Part shown: in pieces, positions 12,257 to 24,917 of the stretch
Layout: the number at the start of each line of letters is the position of its first letter
Numbering within the stretch: position 1 is the first letter of the stretch
DNA from: Negaprion brevirostris
Taxonomy: Eukaryota
Assembly: GCA_030324005.1 (NCBI GenBank)
Contig: JARDVH010000001.1
Location: 123,492,421-123,556,420 of the forward strand
Reading direction: 5' to 3'
DNA: 64,000 nt
Notes under the pieces: model-generated
The model's database searches: none
Told to the model about the DNA's origin: nothing
Seen by the model: only the letters and a program-made list of their open reading frames with translations
Made by a program: the position numbers and the translations under genes

Positions 12257-15200
12257 ACATCAGTCCAGCAAAGGAAGAAGCTGCAGTCAGTCTCTTTTCA
12301 GTATGAGCCTAGTCACAAAAGTCAGTGTAATGCAAGTGCAGAAAACTTTTCCCTCCCACGTAGGTGAAAACTGGTTCTTGTATCTGTGTGCTAACCTTTC
12401 CCCAATTAGAATCAGCTGCCCTTAACCACAATTGGAGCATGCACTCAATTATCACAACATTTAATACACACAAGGATAAAATGGACACTCTTCGCCTGAA
12501 AGTGTGTGGGAAACTTCGATCATATTGTTAAGGAGCATGCAGGAGGTTGTTATTTGCTTAAGTCAAGTAAGACAAATCACTAATGTGGGAAAATGTGTGT
12601 TCATGATAGCACAAATTGTGCCAGTTCGAATGAAGTGAATCTGATATATATCTGTTTCTCGCTGTGTTTACTTTTAAAATAAAGCAGCTTAAAGATTGTT
12701 ATTAGGCCCTTCCCTTACCAAGGGTTTTCTCAGTCTGCCTTCAAAACAATTGGAGAAACGTGTGGGGAGACTTTGCAATTGAATTCTTTTCACAGTGAGG
12801 TTTAGCTATTACACCCTTGGTTATTGCAATATCCAAATAGATTTTGGGCAGTGATACAGCTCCAAGATGATGATGACCTGCGCACTGCGGTGACTGACAA
12901 TGTTGAAAAGAAGGTAACAAAAGCAGACTCAAACTTATCACAGGAATATAGAGAAAAGGCTGAAGGTTGATCTGTTAAAAGATTGTTTAATATGTATTGC
13001 CATGTAAATCCTGGAGTTTCTCATTCTGTTCTTGGATGAACCATTTGTTCAATCACTGACCTGTATGTAATATCCTGCAGAACTAGCATTTGTTTTGTGA
13101 GGGATTTGAACAACTGTTGTTGCAACAATGGAGTAGGATTTCTGGTCGTATAGAATCACAGTGGCTCTGGAATTTCCTCCCTAAACTCTCCACCTCTCTT
13201 TCCTCTTTTAAGACTCTCCTTAAAAATTCTTTGACCAAACTTTTGATCATTGTGTCTAATATCTCCTTATTTGGCTCTGTCAAATTTTATTTGATAATGC
13301 ACTTGTGAATATGCCTTAACATTGAATTATATTAAGTGCTATATAAATGAAGGCTTTGTTCTAATAGTATCAAGTCTCAGTTGTGTTAAGGATTCAGGTC
13401 ACAGCCTCTTTCTGGTTGTGTTGCTGCTTAGGAAAATAGCTGGATGTGTCTTTATTTAGCAGAGCTTTTGTTGGAAAATGAGTAGATTAGAGAATGGTCA
13501 ATTGCATCTTACTGAAATTTTGCTGCAGATTTAAAAGTTGGGATAGTTACGAAATGCAGTGGGGGAAAACAGTGGTGATACGTGCATCTACCAGAGTTTA
13601 GGGATCTTAAGTTGGATTATTTTCCTTGTTCGGTTTATCGGTCTGGGATACCTAATCATGAAGGCAGTGCACTCTCAATGACAGCTCTGTGGGATTTCCC
13701 TACAGTCTGCAGTGACTAATTACTTATTATGAACTTGTTTGAATCAGGTCTTTGAGGATGGAAGGTGGGTGGCCCGTCAGGAGTGCAGTCAAGAGATAAC
13801 TAAAGTATGGATAAAGTGTCAAGTCACAATCAGCTTTCCATCTCTATTGACATGGTTCTTAACAAACTTACAGATGACATCATTTGTGACTGTAACCACG
13901 ATAAACTACCTTTCTTCATGCCTCTCAACTTTTCGCAATTTTAACTTGTGTGACCTGCAGAGACTGGAACAGTCTAGATACGTGCAAAAGAAGTCAACAT
14001 GCCCAGTTTTTTTATGCTTTACATTTTACATTTGTATATCTATCCCTGTCAAAACTTAGTTATACATTACTGTATTGTTTATTCTATCACCTGTCTCACC
14101 TGCCCTGTTACCATATATCTCACTCTATTTTTAAATCATTAACACTGGGTCACCCATGCCATGATCTGGTTTGGATGGTGTATTACTGTGCAGTGCCTAA
14201 AATGGTTTTGATCTGAATCCTCTGCTTGCAATAGCTAAATGTAACCGGAAGCTAACCTGGACTAAATCACGTGTGAAGGAATAATTTCTTAATTGCTCGC
14301 CAGTGGGCTTGGAAATCTAGGTGAAGGGCCAATGTTCAGAGTGTGGAACATAACCAAGATTGAAAAAAATGAAAACCAGATGAGATGAATTAGGAATTCA
14401 TGATGATCATGACACTGAGCTTATGTTTTTAAAAGCTTGAAAAAATTGAGAGGCAGGCAAGACTGAAGGAAGTAAGAAATTCCAGTACTTTGAGAGTTAA
14501 TTAGAACAGGAGATGTGGGATGAATCCGATAGGCAGGATATAGGGAGGAGCGAGAGCATTGTCAGAGGATGTGTGCTTGGAGCTTGGCAAGGATGAGAAA
14601 CACAAGCTCAGTGGGACATGAGAATTTAAGTCTACTCTGCTGCAACAAGGAGGTCTGTATATTTTGCAACAGTGCGGCCAACATTAACAGTTGAGATACT
14701 TGTGCAGATCACAGATGGAGACTAAAGGTCAGGCTCAGAGAGGGAAGAGGTCAAACTAAGAAGGAGAATGAGGAAGAGAGCAAGCGACCAACTGCACAGC
14801 TGGCAAACTAAGACCGAGGTCAGCTGACTAGTTGGAATATTATAGAAAGCAACAAGTAGATAAAACTGAATGATGAGATGAAGATAATTCAGCTGATACT
14901 TGGGTGAGGTGTATTTTGAAATGTGTTGAAAGTGTGCCTTGTTCTGCAACAACTGTGAAAATTGTGCAGAAAGAGGGATGTACAGTTGACTTGGTGNNNN
15001 NNNNNNNNNNNNNNNNNNNNNNNNNNNNNNNNNNNNNNNNNNNNNNNNNNNNNNNNNNNNNNNNNNNNNNNNTAAATTCCTGTCATAAACAGTTCTTTAT
15101 TTTAGTGTTCTATATGATATATAAATAATAGTAGACTGTGTGTGCACGCTGTGTGTGTGAGAGAGAAAAAGTTCCAAACCCTTCTTTGCGTGAATGCCTC

Positions 15201-17194
15201 ATTGCCTGCCGTAGTTATGTTCCGAGAAGGGCTTTCTCCTCCTCTGATGCTATTGCCTCAGGATTAATACTTGTGTTTAATAAGTCACAGCAGACTGTAG
15301 GGAAATCCCACAGAGTTGTCACCGAGAGAGTGCTGCCTTCATGATTTGGTATCCCAGACTGCGGCTTTCCCTCGTCCTGAGTTGCTGGAAACATTTGTAG
15401 CCTTCCGCAGTTGTTTCATGAGCGTCATTCTGTTCCAGATTCAGAACTAACTGTGTGCCAAGAGAAATGAGTATACTGATGGAAAACTGAGTTATATAAA
15501 TTGGTTATGCAAACGGGATTTGTTTTTTGGCAGGAAGGCTGAACACGTTTAGGAGGCAACTAGAAAATCTATATGTAACGATGACATAGTAAATTGGAAT
15601 CGGGACAGCAATAATACAGCTCTGGATAAGGCAATCTTAATGTACTAACTAATAACAAGTTTCAAAGTGGTGGTATTCCATTTGGATACAATATTCTGGA
15701 CCAGTGCAGTTGTACTTCTACAACTTTTGATTTGGGAAAGTATCAAAGCGTTATAGGTTAATGTGGGACAGTATTCTCAGTTGAGCAGTAGAGTTCATTC
15801 AAACTGTGACGTATTGGTGCTTTTTTTTAAATAAACTGGTTTGACCCTAAATGCTCCTTGTTTTCCTTTTTTTTATTGTGCTGGTTACTCTGCATTATTA
15901 GAACTGTTAATCCTTTTTTTAAGGACATATACTGAACCAAAGTGAAATATTACATCAGATTAAATGTTTACGTTTAGCATGTGCTCGTGCACAGGATGAT
16001 AAACAAGTACTTCGCACTGGCATTGTGCCACACCCGCCTTGTCGGGCGAAGTTCTTCCAACTCCTGTAATTTCGGCAAAGATTGGCAAAAGCAGCAAGAA
16101 AATGGTGCAAGCCACCACTTTCCTGACATTTTCACTAAAACTCAGTGTGATCAGGAAACCTCAGTTAGGGACAGGAAGAGGAGGGGATTTACCCCAATGC
16201 GTCATGAAGAAGGAGTGCTTGTGCTTGTGTTTTTATGGTAAGCTTCTCATTTGGGAAAGACATGGACAGGGTGAAACTGCAAATATCTTATTGCTCAAGA
16301 GGATAAATGCACTCCAATGACAACATGCTGATTTTCTATCACAGCTCACTAGCTAGCTCAGGCAACCCTGAAGCAAACTTTAACGATCCATTCCACTTTG
16401 ACCGCAATCAGTTAGTACAGACCAGGACTGCGGTTCTCCCATCCTGCTGCACTAGTCTTTTAGCTCAGTGAGCCAGAGATTCTCGCATCGACTAATTCGC
16501 AGGGTTTGAGACCCGCTAGTTTGTCTCAGCGCTGGATTTCCAGTGGCAACAGATTCGTGCCAGAAATCAATGGGGAGGTGCAAAATCAACTTAAATGGTC
16601 ATTTGTCTGTCAGTTAATGTGATTAGTGGGCCCGGGACTGAAGTCTCTGGGTCCATTAGCCCCTCCCCGAGACAGAGTACGGGGCTTACACTAGCTCCCT
16701 AGTACCTAGTTATACTAGGGATTGGTGGGGGAAGGAGGGAGGGCAGCAGTTGGGCAAACAGCCTGNNNNNNNNNNNNNNNNNNNNNNNNNNNNNNNNNNN
16801 NNNNNNNNNNNNNNNNNNNNNNNNNNNNNNNNNNNNNNNNNNNNNNNNNNNNNNNNNNNNNNNNNNNNNNNNNNNNNNNNNNNNNNNNNNNNNNNNNNNN
16901 NNNNNNNNNNNNNNNNNNNNNNNNNNNNNNNNNNNNNNNNNNNNNNNNNNNNNNNNNNNNNNNNNNNNNNNNNNNNNNNNNNNNNNNNNNNNNNNNNNNN
17001 NNNNNNNNNNNNNNNNNNNNNNNNNNNNNNNCTTTGCAATGCACAGTGTGGGAGATTCTTTTTTTTTTGTTTTTTCATGATCTTAAGATAGAAAATGATG
17101 GAAATGTTAATTTTATAGAAGGAACTTAGAGAAAGTAACGACGTGATGCAGATGTATTTCCAGATGACTGAATATTTGTGTTTTTTTAAAACAG

Positions 17195-17235
17195 CCACGG
17201 ACCATTGTCTACAATAAAGGCAGCTATCAAGAGAA
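17195..17235 (+). CDS. SH3D19: SH3D19 internal coding microexon (41 nt; HGPLSTIKAAIKR)
   Basis: Acceptor ttttttaaaacag| and donor |gtaagt; phase 2 in, phase 1 out. Resembles the recalled human long-isoform QGPLSSIRAVIKR. Confidence 0.85.
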
Positions 17236-18727
17236 GTAAGTAAACAGCATCTTTGAATGTATTCTAGCTTGCATAATGGCACAGGCAACTGGAGATGTCC
17301 GCAGTGAGGTCAGAGATTTCAAACTGGTCGTTCAAAACAGTTTGCGGAACACGCTGTGATGCCAAGGAGGAGTCCAAAATCTCCCAATAGCCAAGCAAAT
17401 GATTAGCCAACTTTTCATGTAATGGACAAACTCTGCTTTCACTTTTGGACTTAGAAGGCAAACCTTTCAGCCACTGGATGGGATTTTCTACCCCAACCCC
17501 AATTCTGGCAGATGGAAATGATAGAGGTGGTGGAGAATCCAACAGGGATCCCAAAACGATTTTTATGCTGTTGAGATTTTCTGTTAAGATTATCTCAATC
17601 CCCTCGCCAATGAAGTAATGGTGGGAATACTATTAGCATACCTCTTTCTATATACTTTATCAGGCCTTCTCACTGTATCCTACCACCACTTCAGAGTGTT
17701 CACCACCACCCCCCCCCCCCCCCCCACCCACCANNNNNNNNNNNNNNNNNNNNNNNNNNNNNNNNNNNNNNNNNNNNNNNNNNNNNNNNNNNNNNNNNNN
17801 NNNNNNNNNNNNNNNNNNNNNNNNNNNNNNNNNCTTGGGGGGGTGGGGGGGGGGGGGGGCACACATAAAAGTACATTCTTAGGGGAAAAGATCAAGTGAC
17901 AATAGTATCCTGGCCATGGTTGGATACTTCCCCTGACACTGCGGCAGTTCCCTTTATTATCTATTTTGATCAGGGTGCCCTTAACTGACAGGGGTTGAGG
18001 TTGCTGGGTAAGCTCTGTGGTGGGACATGCCCATTTTTTGAGGTCCTTAAGAATACTGTGGGAAAACCTGGCAATGCAGTTAGCAGGATGCTTCTGCTGG
18101 AGACAACACTTAGAAAGCAAATTGAAAATACCCGCCCACTGTGTCTGGGAGATTTTCAAAAACAGGAGAAGCTTTTTGTTTCATGGCAAACTGAGATGGA
18201 ATGCTGTTGTTCAGTATTAGAAACTCTTATTCCTGTCACAAACGTGGAGTTTTGTCTTTGTCATGTTGAAATAATTTGGATTTCATCTATATTTAACCCT
18301 TTAAGCAGTGGACAGTGTTTCATGTCGTTGTTATTATGTATTACTTCTTGAAAGTTATTTTTGTAATTTTCTGAAGATGAATATTGTAAAGGATAAGAAT
18401 ATATGGGATTGGAAAAAGGACATTTTTGGTCCCTCTGGTTTGTCTCAGACGTTCAGAAATAGAATGCAGAGTTCACTACCAATATCACTCAGTCAATTTT
18501 CTATTCACTAAATGCCTGGTCAACTCAAGTTACTGATGTTATCAGCCTCAGCAATTAATTCCAAACACTCACCGCCCACTGATTGAGGAGATTGTCTTAT
18601 CAATCCATTCAACTTTGTCTCATTCTATACACTTGATTAATTCAACACTCAGGATAGCAGGGGATTTTATGAAGGTATTCAAGATCCATATGTGCAACAG
18701 TGAGTTGAACTCTGAAAACATTGTCTG

Positions 18728-19293
18728 GAATCATAGAATCCCTAAAGTGCAGAAGATTTTGACCCATCGCGTCTCCTCCAACTCTCTGACAGAGTATCTG
18801 ACCCAGGCCCCCTCCTCTGCCCTATCCCTGTAACCCCACATATTCATCATGGCCAATCCACGTGACCAGCACAATTTTGGGCACTAAGAAGCAATTTAAC
18901 ATGGCCAAATCTACCTAACTCGCACATGTATGGAGTGTGGGAGGAAACCAGAACACCCAGAGGAAAAACACATAGTCAACAAGGCCGGAATTGAATCCAG
19001 GTCCCTGATTTGATTTGATTTATTATTGGCACATGTATTAGTATACAGTGAAAAGTATTGTTTCTTGCGCATTGTTACAGACAAGGCATATCTTTCATAG
19101 AGAAGGAAACAAGAGTGCAGTATGTAGTGTTACAGTCATAGAATGAAGTTTTAGAAGCATGTAACGAGAGCAAAAGATAGAATTAGAAGGTATGCTAGGT
19201 ACAGCTTTCAAGAAGTCACCTTGCTCCGGTGCCATGGTCGGGGGGGAAAAAAGGTGACACCTGAGGCAGACTGCTAACCATTGTGCCACCGTG
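18728..19293 (-). mobile_element. HE1-type SINE interrupted by another repeat (about 19008-19260, (GATTT)n-tailed)
   Basis: SINE body ends at ...gaatccaggtccctg and the head resumes at ctgaggcagactgctaaccattgtgcc. Confidence 0.65.
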
Positions 19294-20291
19294 TCATAGA
19301 GAACAATAATAGAAACATAGAAACTGGAAGCAGAAGTAGACTATCCAACTCTTCGATCCTGCTGTGCCATTCATTATGATCTTGGTTGATCGTCAGATTC
19401 AATATCCTGATTTCCCCCCACCCCATCCCTTGAGTCCCACGAGTTATAGAAACAACTTACTGATGCACATATGGATCTTGAATACCTTCATAAAATCCCC
19501 TCCCATCCTGAGTGTGAATTAATCAAGTGTTGCTTATCAAAGTAAGGAATATCCCCACTGAGAAACAATTTATTTTTCCATTTCTGTCATCTAATGTCTA
19601 CATTTAGCATAACCAAGTCAGATTCCTCTACTTATCAATGTAGCTTAATCTGAGTCTTAGAAATATACCTCAGCCTGAACCAAGGTGATGTTTCTTTTTC
19701 ATATACCAACCTTGATTGTGGTTTCCAAATGTTGGCAATTTATTGCAATTTTGTAGCCCAAAAATTGGCTGATAATACCCTAACCTCCTTTATAATGGAT
19801 CCTAACAGTCAACATACAGAAGTGATTTTCACTCCAAATGAACATGGTTAAATTTCAGAAACGAGAGTAGTGTGTTAATAATTGCACTGTCCCATTAAAA
19901 TTTGCACCGTTGATATTTTAGTGCATCGACATTACTGCAATCCCCAAGTTAAATAAATTGAGCCCTTCTTAAATTGCTTGAATCTGAGAAAACAGTGATG
20001 AGCAAGTATCAGTGAGCAATTCCAGCACTGAGGGCTAACTCATTTTCACTGACCCACTGAAAGGTATTGTATGTGAGGCCACAGTAACTTTGGAAATCTG
20101 AGGAAAATCAATGCCCAAGATGCTAATTTGTAAGTACATCACTGTCCTGCCAAAAAAAATCACTGGGCCTATTTGTTCCTACTAAACAGATACTGTTGAT
20201 TTGAATGAATGTTTCCATTAACAGTTCTCTGCAGTAGAAGCAAATTAGTATTTTATCAGATTCTTTGTTTTCTCCTGATTCTGTTATTTAG

Positions 20292-20337
20292 CATCAATTC
20301 GCACATCGTCGCAGACTGAACTGCGGAGAGAAAGAAG
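20292..20337 (+). CDS. SH3D19: SH3D19 coding microexon (46 nt; TSIRTSSQTELRRERR)
   Basis: Polypyrimidine tract ending ttatttag|, donor |gtatga. Phase 1 to 2 joins both neighbours. Resembles human SSRTSIQSELHRDRR. Confidence 0.85.
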
Positions 20338-21234
20338 GTATGAAGCTTATTTTTGTCTGTTTAAAATTGATATTGCCCCTTATTTTATTTTGTCTTTCAC
20401 CCCTCCAATCTTGCTCACACACTTAGTGTAGCTCGAAGGACAGGTGGTTGAATGTGTACCCATTTTCTGGTAGCATTAATATGAACCAGATATTGGAAGG
20501 GGTGGGATTCCTTCCAATTTTTTTATTCCAAGAACCCGAAGCCAAGCGCTTCTCCGTAGCATGATGACTAGTATTGGGTGGGATCAGATCTACTTCCTAA
20601 TAAGCATCCTTTACTGCTTCAAATCAAGGCCCAAAATTGTACAGTTCTGGTTTAAAGACTGTGGTGCATGTCAGTGTGATTAACTGAACATAGCATGCAC
20701 TTCACCAAATGGTGAGCAAAGTATTGAATTAGTTTGTCTGTTTCTTTTTGTTCATTGACTGGACTTGTACTTTACAGCATAGTTCATTGGATTGGGAGTG
20801 GGAACTTCAGCTGCTTTATTTCCTTCGGTCTCGGGGCACAGATACTAATTATTACGGCTGATGCCTTCATGGATGAGATCAATTAATTGGGCACGTAACT
20901 GAATTTTAAGATTTGCACATTTATTTGTTCAACTATTTCTATTTTTGTAACTGTCTATGGAACAAGTAGGGGAATTCATTATTGTAGTTCACAGCCATAT
21001 GGTGGGATGTTTTCTCTCAACACCACTAAGTTTAAAGTTTATTTATCAGTGTCTTAGGTAGGCTTACATTCACAGTGCAATAAAGTTACTGTGAAAATCC
21101 CTTAATCACCACACTCTGGCACCTGTTCAGGTACACTGAGGAACTAGATTTAACAACCATTTGTGTATCGAGAGATATGCCTCTTTAGTTCTACATTTCT
21201 GGGTCACTAAAAGTATGTTTCCATCTCCTCTCAG

Positions 21235-21382
21235 GCGGCCAGACATTACAGTAATAGCTGCGGAGCCTATAGGACCAAGCTCTTGGTATCCAGGTTCACC
21301 AGGGAACTGTGCAACTTCTGCTGGGCTGGGACTTCCATACCCACGGACTCTCTGGAGAATTGATGAACCTGTTGCAGCAGAA
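21235..21382 (+). CDS. SH3D19: SH3D19 coding exon (RPDITVIAAEPIGPSSWYPG...PVAAE)
   Basis: ctcctctcag| ... |gtaagg; 148 nt, phase 2 to 0. Resembles human RPEITIVAAEPLRPASWFPG. Confidence 0.9.
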
Positions 21383-21480
21383 GTAAGGAATAAGTTTGTA
21401 TGAGAGCTTGATCTTATTTGTGAATTACTTTTGCTGAGATTATGTTGATGGGATATTCTTTTTTTGAACTTTGGTTGCAG

Positions 21481-21667
21481 CCTCCACCATCCTATGAGCA
21501 GGTAATCAGAGAAATCAATCAACAGCCAGTGGCCAGACAAGCTGCCCCAAGGCGTTCAACAACTACCATATCGACACAGACTGAATTCAACCAGGACATT
21601 GAGAATTTTGAGACGAGGAGTGCTGATGCTGATTTTGCAAGTTTGAGAGGGAACACTCCTGTGACAG
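21481..21667 (+). CDS. SH3D19: SH3D19 coding exon with PPxY motif (PPPSYEQVIREINQ...STQTEF)
   Basis: ttggttgcag| ... |gtagaa; 187 nt, phase 0 to 1; follows a 98-nt intron. Resembles human PPSYEQVIKEINQ and SATQTDF. Confidence 0.9.
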
Positions 21668-22802
21668 GTAGAAAAGCACGATGTTCTTCATAGCCTATAT
21701 AATTCAAGGGCAGAATAAGACTAATGCTTGCTCTGAATAAAATCAGTATCTATAATTAGTGGCATAGTAATAACAAATTTGCAACAATAAGTAGCAAATT
21801 AGGTGTAACACTTGTCATTATGGGTAGGAACGTAAGATCCCTTTTGAGGACCATGGAGTTTTGATTACAGTCAAGGTTTTGAGCAGTTGGGTCATTCTGA
21901 ATGTAGCTGATTTGGATCAGAGATCTGCGTAGATGTCAGTTTTCCTACATGTATTAGTTTGTATATCCAATTTTCTACTGTTCAATTTGCTAGTGTCACA
22001 TGTTATTCTCTGGCAAGACTTGTAAGTTGACAAACTGATTGCTCGCCATGATATAGCAGGGAGGGTTGTCCTTACAAGAATTGAATATTATATCAGTTTA
22101 AAGAAAAAATACTGTGGATGCAAGAATCTGAAACAAAAACAAAAAGTGCTGGAGAAACTCAGCACACCTGACAGCATCCGTGGAGAGAGAGAGAGACAGA
22201 ATAGAACCAGTGATTCGAGCCTGGATGACCCTTTTGTCAGAGCTCGACTTTGATACTTGGTTTTACACAAAAATGTATTTTGTTGTGCTTTTATCTCAAA
22301 ATTTTCCTTTTGACTTCTTAACTGTAGCTAATGATGGGATGGGTGCAACCAGCAGTTTCCCATTAAATTATTTCAGGAATGTCAATGTTGGACAGTGGAA
22401 CAGAAAACAACTATAGTCAATCATATTTTCATTGGACGTGTACATGCATTTATTGCAAGGGCTACAAGGAATGTGAACCAATTCTCATTCTCAGCCAAAA
22501 ACACAGAGATCAAGTGCAGCACAATCTTCTAGTTTTTCTTTTTGTTGCTGGAGTAGGTGAGAAAGAAGGGATGTGAACTTGCCCTTTACACAGCTTTTCT
22601 TGCAATATTGTACAGCACTTAAGAAGAAATAAATCCTGGAGTGCCCCACTCCATCATATTGGTGGGCAGGGCCTGAAAGAGCTGGCAACATTGATGTTCC
22701 AGAGATATTCCAAAGATGTCCTTTTGGGGTGTCCCTATAATAAATCGACTAAGTTTAATAATTCAATTGAATGCGAGGTTACAGACATCTCTTCACTCAT
22801 AT

Positions 22803-23041
22803 AAAAGCAAATTACTGTGGATGCTGGAATCTGAAACGAAAAGAGAAAATGCTGGAAAATCTCAACAGGTCTGGCAGCATCTATAAGGAGAGAAAAGAGC
22901 TGATGTTTCAAATCCAGATAACCCTTTGTCAAAACAGATGACAAACTTTGACAAAGAGTTGTCTGGACTCAAAACATCAGCTCTTTTCTCTCCTTACAGA
23001 TGGTGGCGAATCTACTGAGATTTTCCAGCATTTTATCTTTT
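22803..23041. repeat. Penelope-like element terminal sequence in inverted (hairpin) arrangement
   Basis: Arm of about 22841-22932 is the reverse complement of about 22947-23041. Single arms of the family at about 22103-22250 (+), 36760-36832 (-), 9405-9520 (-) and 3945-4035 (-). Confidence 0.7.
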
Positions 23042-23084
23042 GAGCCTTTCATCCATGATGCTGTACTTCAGACTATCCTTTTTT

Positions 23085-24240
23085 AAAAGAAATTAGTTTT
23101 AGTGAAGAGGTAGTACTCAAAGAAAAAGAATTAGATTGAAGTTTGATCAATCCCCTGGACAAGATGAGCTGCATCCCAGAGCGTTGAAGGAGATGGCTAA
23201 AGAGATGGTGAATGTATTAGTGGTTATCCTTCAAGATTCTATAGATTCTGGAAAGATTCCTGCAGTCCATCGCTGAATCCCCCACTATCAACATCCTGGC
23301 AGTTACTATTGACCAGCAACTGAACAGGACTAGCCATATAAATACTGTGGCTACTAGAGCAAGTCAGAGGTTAGGAATCTGACAGTGTGTAATTTAATCC
23401 TGACTCTGCAAAGTCTGTCCACAATCTACAAGGCACAAGTCAGAAATGTGATGGAATATTTTCCACATGCCTGGATGAGTGCAGTGTACACCAACCAGGA
23501 TAAACTTGATGGGCACCCCGTCCACAAACATTCAATCCCTCCACTGCTAACACACAGTGGCAGCAGTGTGTGTCATCCACAAGATGCACTGCAGGAACTC
23601 ACCAAGGCTCCTGAGAAAGCACCTTCCAAACCCATGACCACTACCATCTGGAAGGAGAAGACACATTGGAACACTGCCATCTCAAATTCCCAAGCCATCC
23701 ATCATCCTGACTTGGAAATATATTGCTGTTCCTTCAGTGTCACTGGGTCAAAATCCTGGAACTCGCTCCCCAACAGCACTGTGGGTGTACAGGTTCTGCA
23801 GCAGTTTAAGAAAGCAATTCACCACCACCTTCGAGGACAATTAGGGATGGGCAATAAATGCCAGGGTGGCCACATCCCACAAATAAAACAAAATATTGGA
23901 AAGTAGGAAATATAACCCCATTATTTAAGAAGGGAGAGAGAGAGACAGTGGAAAACTACAGATATGTTAGTCTGACATCAGTAACAGGGAAAATGTTAGA
24001 AGGATAATGAAAGATGTGATAACTAGACAATTGGAAAATAATACATCATGGCAGAGTCCACATGGATTTATGAAAGGGAGATCATGTATTTGTCACTTGT
24101 AGCATAGATAAATGAGAACCAGTCAATTTGGATTTTCAGAAGGCTTTAGATACAATTCCACACAGGAAGATAGGAGTACTTGGGATTCGGAGTAATATAT
24201 TGATGCAGATGAGCAGAATGGCCTAATCTTTCTCCTGTTT
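23085..24240 (+). mobile_element. Old CR1 ORF2 fragment, split by a nested insertion at 23266-23894
   Basis: Left part encodes SPGQDELHPRALKE...DSGKIPA; right part resumes [13 protein letters not shown]...YRYVSLTS. These are contiguous in CR1 ORF2. Confidence 0.8.
23266..23894 (+). mobile_element. 3' fragment of a second CR1/L2-group LINE family, nested in the CR1 above
   Basis: Peptide remnants LSTIYKAQVRNVMEY and GSKSWNSLPNS; tail gggatgggcaataaatg plus an A-rich end. Related copies at about 3300-3600 (+), 25880-26200 (+) and 35810-36550 (-). Confidence 0.75.
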
Positions 24241-24590
24241 TTCATAATTTTCATGTTCTGATGAGTCATTACTGATGGAGATATTGTTAGGTGAATAATA
24301 GGGACATAGTGATTTGATATGTTCATGGGGCTAATGGTAGCTTTGATAGGAAAGGGCATTTGAAGAAGTGTTTGCAGTTATTAAACTTCTGCACCCAGTT
24401 CCTTTGGAGGTAAATTCCTAGTACTGAACTCTGCCACTATCTGTTGTCTTTGCCTTCTGGGCATGTGTCTAGAGGATGTTTGGATTCTTCTTTTTAAAAC
24501 AAAAAGTAGGATATCTCTTTTTACCTTTTCCATCAGGACCTCTAGTGTAGCATCTGAAATCTTTGATGCACGCTCTGTCTGATGGTCATT

Positions 24591-24917
24591 CATAAGAACA
24601 TAAGAACATAAGAAATAGGAGCAGGAGTAGGCCATCCAGCCCTTCGAGCCTGCCCCACCATTCAANNNNNNNNNNNNNNNNNNNNNNNNNNNNNNNNNNN
24701 NNNNNNNNNNNNNNNNNNNNNNNNNNNNNNNNNNNNNNNNNNNNNNNNNNNNNNNNNNNNNNNNNTTCGTTATCCACGGCTTATTACCTCTCCTCCTACG
24801 GTCCTTTTTAACCATCGGGATAAATTTCTGCTGAGCACCAAGGAAGATCTCCTTAAAGATCCTCCACTGCTTCTCAGCAGACCTACCTTCCAACGCGCTC
24901 CCCCAGTCAACATTCAT
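24591..24917 (-). mobile_element. Young CR1 LINE copy (same subfamily as 11860 and 55356)
   Basis: Same tail, a gap, and ORF2 peptide NVDWGSALEGRSAEKQWRIFKEIFLGAQQKFIP...KPWIT. Confidence 0.88.

Noticed and set aside
15981-16237. ORF ending at a phase-2 donor (TG|gtaagc) compatible with exon 17195
   Set aside because: The peptide has no recognisable homology and the region looks repeat-derived; phase compatibility alone is a 1-in-3 chance.
17701-17860. Poly-C / gap / poly-G apparent inverted repeat or G-quadruplex
   Set aside because: These are low-complexity contig ends flanking a gap inside a GC-rich interspersed repeat, so the structure cannot be assessed.
23385-23906. 173-aa ORF as a nested host gene
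   Set aside because: It is frameshifted LINE ORF2 remnant sequence with related copies elsewhere in the window.
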